Positions 59,901 to 64,000 of a stretch of DNA of 64,000 bases are shown in pieces. Position 1 is the first letter of the stretch, and the number at the start of each line of letters is the position of its first letter. Source of the DNA: the human T2T-CHM13v2.0 reference genome, Homo sapiens; assembly GCF_009914755.1 (NCBI RefSeq), contig NC_060934.1. The stretch is one strand, 5' to 3'. Both the position numbers and the translations under genes were made by a program. Under the pieces are notes generated by a model. It was not told where the DNA came from, did no database searches, and saw only the letters and a program-made list of their open reading frames with translations.

Positions 59901-62900
59901 CAAGTGGAGATTTCAAGCGATTTGACGCCAATCTTAGACATGGAAATATCTTCATATTAAAAGTACACAGAGTCATTCGTAGAAACTAGTTTGTGATGTG
60001 TGCCTTCAACTCACAGAGTTTAACCTTTCTTTTCATAGAGCAGTTGGGAAACACTCTATTTGTAAAGTCTGCAAGTGGATATTTGGACCTCTTTGAGGCC
60101 TTCGTTGGAAACGGGATTTCTTTATATAACGCTAGACAGAAGAATTCTCAGTAACTTCTTTGTGTTGTGTGTATTCAACTCACAGAGTTGAACCTTTCTT
60201 TAGAGGGAGCAGAGGTGAAACAGTCTTTTTGTGGAATTTGCCAGTGTAGATTTCAAACGCTTCGAAGTCAGTGATAGAAAAGGAGATATCTTCGTATTAA
60301 AAGTAGACAAAATCATTCTCAGAAAACTCTTTGTGATGTGTGTGTTCAACTCACAGAGTTTAACCTTTCTTTAATCGAGCAGTTTGGAAATACACTCTTT
60401 GTAAGTCTGCAGGTGGATATTTGGCCCTCTTTGAGCCCTTCTTTGGAAACGGGATTTCCTCTTATAATGCTAGACAGAAGAATTCTCAGTAACTTCTCTG
60501 TGTTGTTTGTATTCAACACACAGATTTGAACCTTCCTTTAGAGAGAGCAGATTTGAAACACTCTGTTTTTGGAATTTGCAAGTGCAGATTTCAAGCACTT
60601 CTAGGCCTATGGCAGAAAAGGAAATATCTTCGTATAAAAACTACACAGAATCATTCTCAACAACTACTTTGTGATGTGTGCGTTCAACTCACAGAGTTTA
60701 ACCTTTCTTTTCATAGAGCAGTTTGGAAACACTCTGTTTGTAAACCCTGCAAGTGCTTTTTTGGAGTTCATTGAGGCCTTCGTTGGAAACGGGATTTCTT
60801 CATACAACGCTAGACAGAAGAATTCTCAGTTACTTCTTTGTGTTGTGTGTATTCAACTCACAGAGTTGAACCTTTCTTTAGAGAGAGCAGAGTTGAAACA
60901 CTCTGTTTTTGGAATTTGCAAGTGCAGATTTCAAGCGATTCTAGGCCTATGGCAGAAAAGGAAATATCTTCGTATAAAAACTACACAGAATCATTCTCAA
61001 CAACTACTTTGTGATGTGTGCGTTCAACTCACAGAGTTTAAACTTTCTTTTCATAGAGCAGTTTGGAAACACTCTGTTTGTAAAGCCTGCAAGTGCTTTT
61101 TTGGACTTCATTGAGGCCTTCGTTGGAAACGGGATTTCTTCATATAATGCTAGACAGAAGAATTCTCAGTCACTTCTTTGTGTTGTGTGTATTCAAGTCA
61201 CAGAGTTGAACCTTCTTTTAGACAGAGCAGTTTTGAAAAATTCTTTCTGTGGAATTTGCAATTGGAGATTGTAAGAGATTTGAGGCTAATCTTTGAAATG
61301 GAAATATCTTCGTGTAAAAACTACACAGAATCATTCTCAGAAACTGCTTTGTTATCTGTGCGTTCAGTTCACAGAGTTTCACCTTTCTCTTCATAGAGCA
61401 GTTTGGAAAGACTCTGTAAAGTCTGCAAGTGATTAGTTAGACCCCATTGAGGCCTTCGTTGGAAGCGGGATTTCTCATTTACTGCTAGACAGAAGAATTC
61501 TCAGTAAATCCTTTGTGTTGTGTGTATTCAACTCACAGAGTGGAACCTTCCTTTATTCAGAGCAGTTTTGAAAAACACTTTTTGTGGAATTTGCAAGTGG
61601 AGATTTCAAGCGATTTGACGCCAATCTTAGACATGGAAATATCTTCATATTAAAAGTACACAGAGTCATTCGTAGAAACTAGTTTGTGATGTGTGCCTTC
61701 AACTCACAGAGTTTAACCTTTCTTTTCATAGAGCAGTTGGGAAACACTCTATTTGTAATGTCTGCAAGTGGATATTTGGACCTCTTTGAGGCCTTCGTTG
61801 GAAATGGGATTTCTTCATTCAACACTAGACAGAAGAATTCTCAGTAACTTCTTTGTGTTGTGTGTATTCAACTCACAGAGTTGAACCTTTCTTTAGAGAG
61901 AGCAGAGTTGAAACACTCTGTTTTTGGAATTTGCAAGTGCAGATTTCAAGCGATTCTAGGCCTATGGCAGAAAAGGAAATATCTTCGTATAAAAACTACA
62001 CAGAATCATTCTCAACAACTACTTTGTGATGTGTGCGTTCAACTCACAAAGTTTAACCTTTCTTTTCATAGAGCAGTTTGGAAACACGCTGTTTGTAAAG
62101 CCTGCAAGTGCTTTTTTGGACTTCATTGAGGCCTTCGTTGGAAACGGGATTTCTTCATATAATGCTAGACAGAAGAATTCTCAGTAAATCATTTGTGTTG
62201 CGTTTATTCAACTCACAGAGTGGAACCTTCCTTTATTCAGAGCAGTTTTGAAACACTCTTTTTGTGGAATTTGCAAGTGGAGATTTCAAGCGATTTGACG
62301 CCAATCTTAGACATGGAAATATCTTCATATTAAAAGTACACAGAATCATTCGTAGAAACTAGTTTGTGATGTGTGCCTTCAACTCACAGAGTTTAACCTT
62401 TCTTTTCATAGAGCAGTTCGGAAACACTCTATTTGTAAAGTCTGCAAGTGGATATTTGGACCTCTTTGAGGCCATCGTTGGAAAAGGGATTTCTTCATAT
62501 AACGCTAGACAGAAGAATTTTCAGTAACTTCTTTGTGTTGTGTGTATTCAACTCACAGAGTTCAACTTTTCTTTAGAGAGAGCAGGGTTGAAACACTCTT
62601 TTTGTGGAATTTGCTAGTGCAGATTTCAAACGCTTCGAAGACAGTGATAGCAAAGGATATATCTTCGTATTAAAACTAGACAAAATCATTCTCAGAAAAC
62701 ACTTTGTGATGTGTGTGTTCAACTCACAGAGTTTAACCTTTCTTTAATCGAGCAGTTTGGAAATACACTCTTTGTAAGTCTGCAGGTGGATAATTGGCCC
62801 TCTTTGAGCCCTTCGTTGGAAACGGGATTTCCTCATATAATGCTAGACAGAAGAATTCTCAGTAACTTCTTTGTGTTGTTTGTATTCAACTCACAGATTT

Positions 62901-64000
62901 GAACCTTCCTTTAGAGAGAGCAGATTTGAAACACTCTGTTTTTGGAATTTGCAAGTGCAGATTTCAAGCGCTTCTAGGCCTATGGCAGAAAAGGAAATAT
63001 CTTCGTATAAAAACTACACAGAATCATTCTCAACAACTACTTTGTGATGTGTGCGTTCAACTCCCAGAGTTTAACCTTTCTTTTCATAGAGCAGTTTGGA
63101 AACACTCTGTTTGTAAAGCCTGCAAGTGCTTTTTTGGACTTCATTGAGGCCTTCGTTGGAAACGGGATTTCTTCATATAATGCTAGACAGAAGAATTCTC
63201 AGTCACTTCTTTGTGTTGTGTGTATTCAAGTCACAGAGTTGAACCTTCTTTTAGACAGAGCAGTTTTGAAAAATTCTTTCTGTGGAATTTGCAATTGGAG
63301 ATTTTAAGAGATTTGAGGCTAATCTTTGAAATGGAAATATCTTCGTGTAAAAACTACACAGAATCATTCTCAGAAACTGCTTTGTTATCTGTGCGTTCAG
63401 TTCACAGAGTTTCACCTTTCTCTTCATAGAGCAGTTTGGAAAGACTCTGTCTGTAAAGTCTGCAAGTGATTAGTTAGACCCCTTTGAGGCCTTCGTTGGA
63501 AGCGGGATTTCTCATTTACTGCTAGACAGAAGAATTCTCAGTAAATCCTTTGTGTTGTGTGTATTCAACTCACAGAGTGGAACCTTCCTTTATTCAGAGC
63601 AGTTTTGAAAAACACTTTTTGTGGAATTTGCAAGTGGAGATTTCAAGCGATTTGATGCCAATCTTAGACATGGAAATATCTTCATATTAAAAGTACACAG
63701 AGTCATTCGTAGAAACTAGTTTGTGATGTGTGCCTTCAACTCACAGAGTTTAACCTTTCTTTTCATAGAGCAGTTGGGAAACACTCTATTTGTAAAGTCT
63801 GCAAGTGGATATTTGGACCTCTTTGAGGCCTTCGTTGGAAATGGGATTTCTTCATACAACACTAGACAGAAGAATTCTCAGTAACTTCTTTGTGTTGTGT
63901 GTATTCAACTCACAGAGTTGAACCTTTCTTTAGAGAGAGCAGAGTTGAAACACTCTGTTTTTGGAATTTGCAAGTGCAGATTTCAAGCGATTCTAGGCCT
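50983..64000 (+). repeat. Block duplication, offset 9159 bp (~51.0-54.8 kb vs ~60.1-64.0 kb)
   Basis: Shared variants: AAGGAGATAT 51121/60280, GATTGTAAGAG ~52110/61270, CTTCATTCAACAC ~52655/61814, and the 4-bp deletion GACTCTGTAAAG. Confidence 0.88.

Larger units (their letters stand above)
1..64000 (+). repeat. Centromeric alpha-satellite higher-order repeat array (SF1-like dimeric), single orientation
   Basis: Alphoid consensus motifs (CATTCTCAGAAACT, TTCAACTCACAGAGTT, GAGCAGTTTGGAAACACTCT, TGCAAGTGGATATTTGG) recur about every 170 bp. GAATTC occurs at 87, 426, 766, 1104, 1444 and onward (~340 bp period). Near-identical units continue to both window edges. Confidence 0.99.
1..64000 (+). repeat. 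Tentative assignment: human chromosome 10 array D10Z1 (alternative SF1 8-mer: D12Z3)
   Basis: 1357-bp 8-mer with 1018-bp 6-mer variants, one GTAC (RsaI, dimer B) and one CTGCAG (PstI, dimer C) per canonical unit. This fits my recollection of D10Z1 clones and was not checked against a database. Confidence 0.6.

Noticed and set aside
28-63429. About 170 short ORFs (60-173 aa) in recurring families
   Set aside because: They are translations of satellite monomers, overlap in several frames, many use non-ATG starts, and their lengths change with random SNVs. There is no recognisable protein domain. I used them only as positional markers.
1-64000. CRISPR-like periodic conserved words (e.g. GCTAGACAGAAGAATTCTCAG)
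   Set aside because: The intervening sequences are themselves repeated homologous monomers, not unique spacers. There are no cas genes.
1-64000. Transposon insertion (L1/Alu), inversion or unique island
   Set aside because: All unit spacings are accounted for by whole dimers plus 1-4 bp deletions. I saw no poly-A tail, non-alphoid segment or reverse-strand CENP-B box while reading.
1-64000. Claim that this interval is the kinetochore (CENP-A) site
   Set aside because: This is defined epigenetically and cannot be read from sequence.

Overview
The whole 64 kb window is uninterrupted primate, most likely human, centromeric alpha-satellite DNA in a single orientation: about 377 monomers of ~170 bp arranged as ~340-bp EcoRI dimers, with a CENP-B box position in every second monomer (suprachromosomal family 1-like). 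Four dimer types (my labels: A 339 bp, B 340, C 338, D 340) form a 1357-bp 8-mer higher-order repeat (HOR). One RsaI and one PstI site per unit, plus 6-mer variants, tentatively suggest the chromosome 10 array D10Z1. A fifth, C/D hybrid dimer (E) produces many structural variants. Of 36 complete C-to-C units, 14 are 8-mers, 12 are 12-mers, 4 are 10-mers, 4 are 14-mers and 2 are 6-mers. These units are ordered into a loose 7-12.5 kb macro-cycle, with recent block duplications at offsets of 1355, 2037, 2375, 3391, 9159, 10520 and 16285 bp and variant-specific loss of CENP-B boxes. I see no genes, RNA genes, transposons, inversions or CRISPR arrays, and the ORF track only reflects satellite periodicity. 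I found no new gene system; the interest lies in array architecture and evolution. All comparisons were made by eye and from ORF-track spacing, not by alignment.
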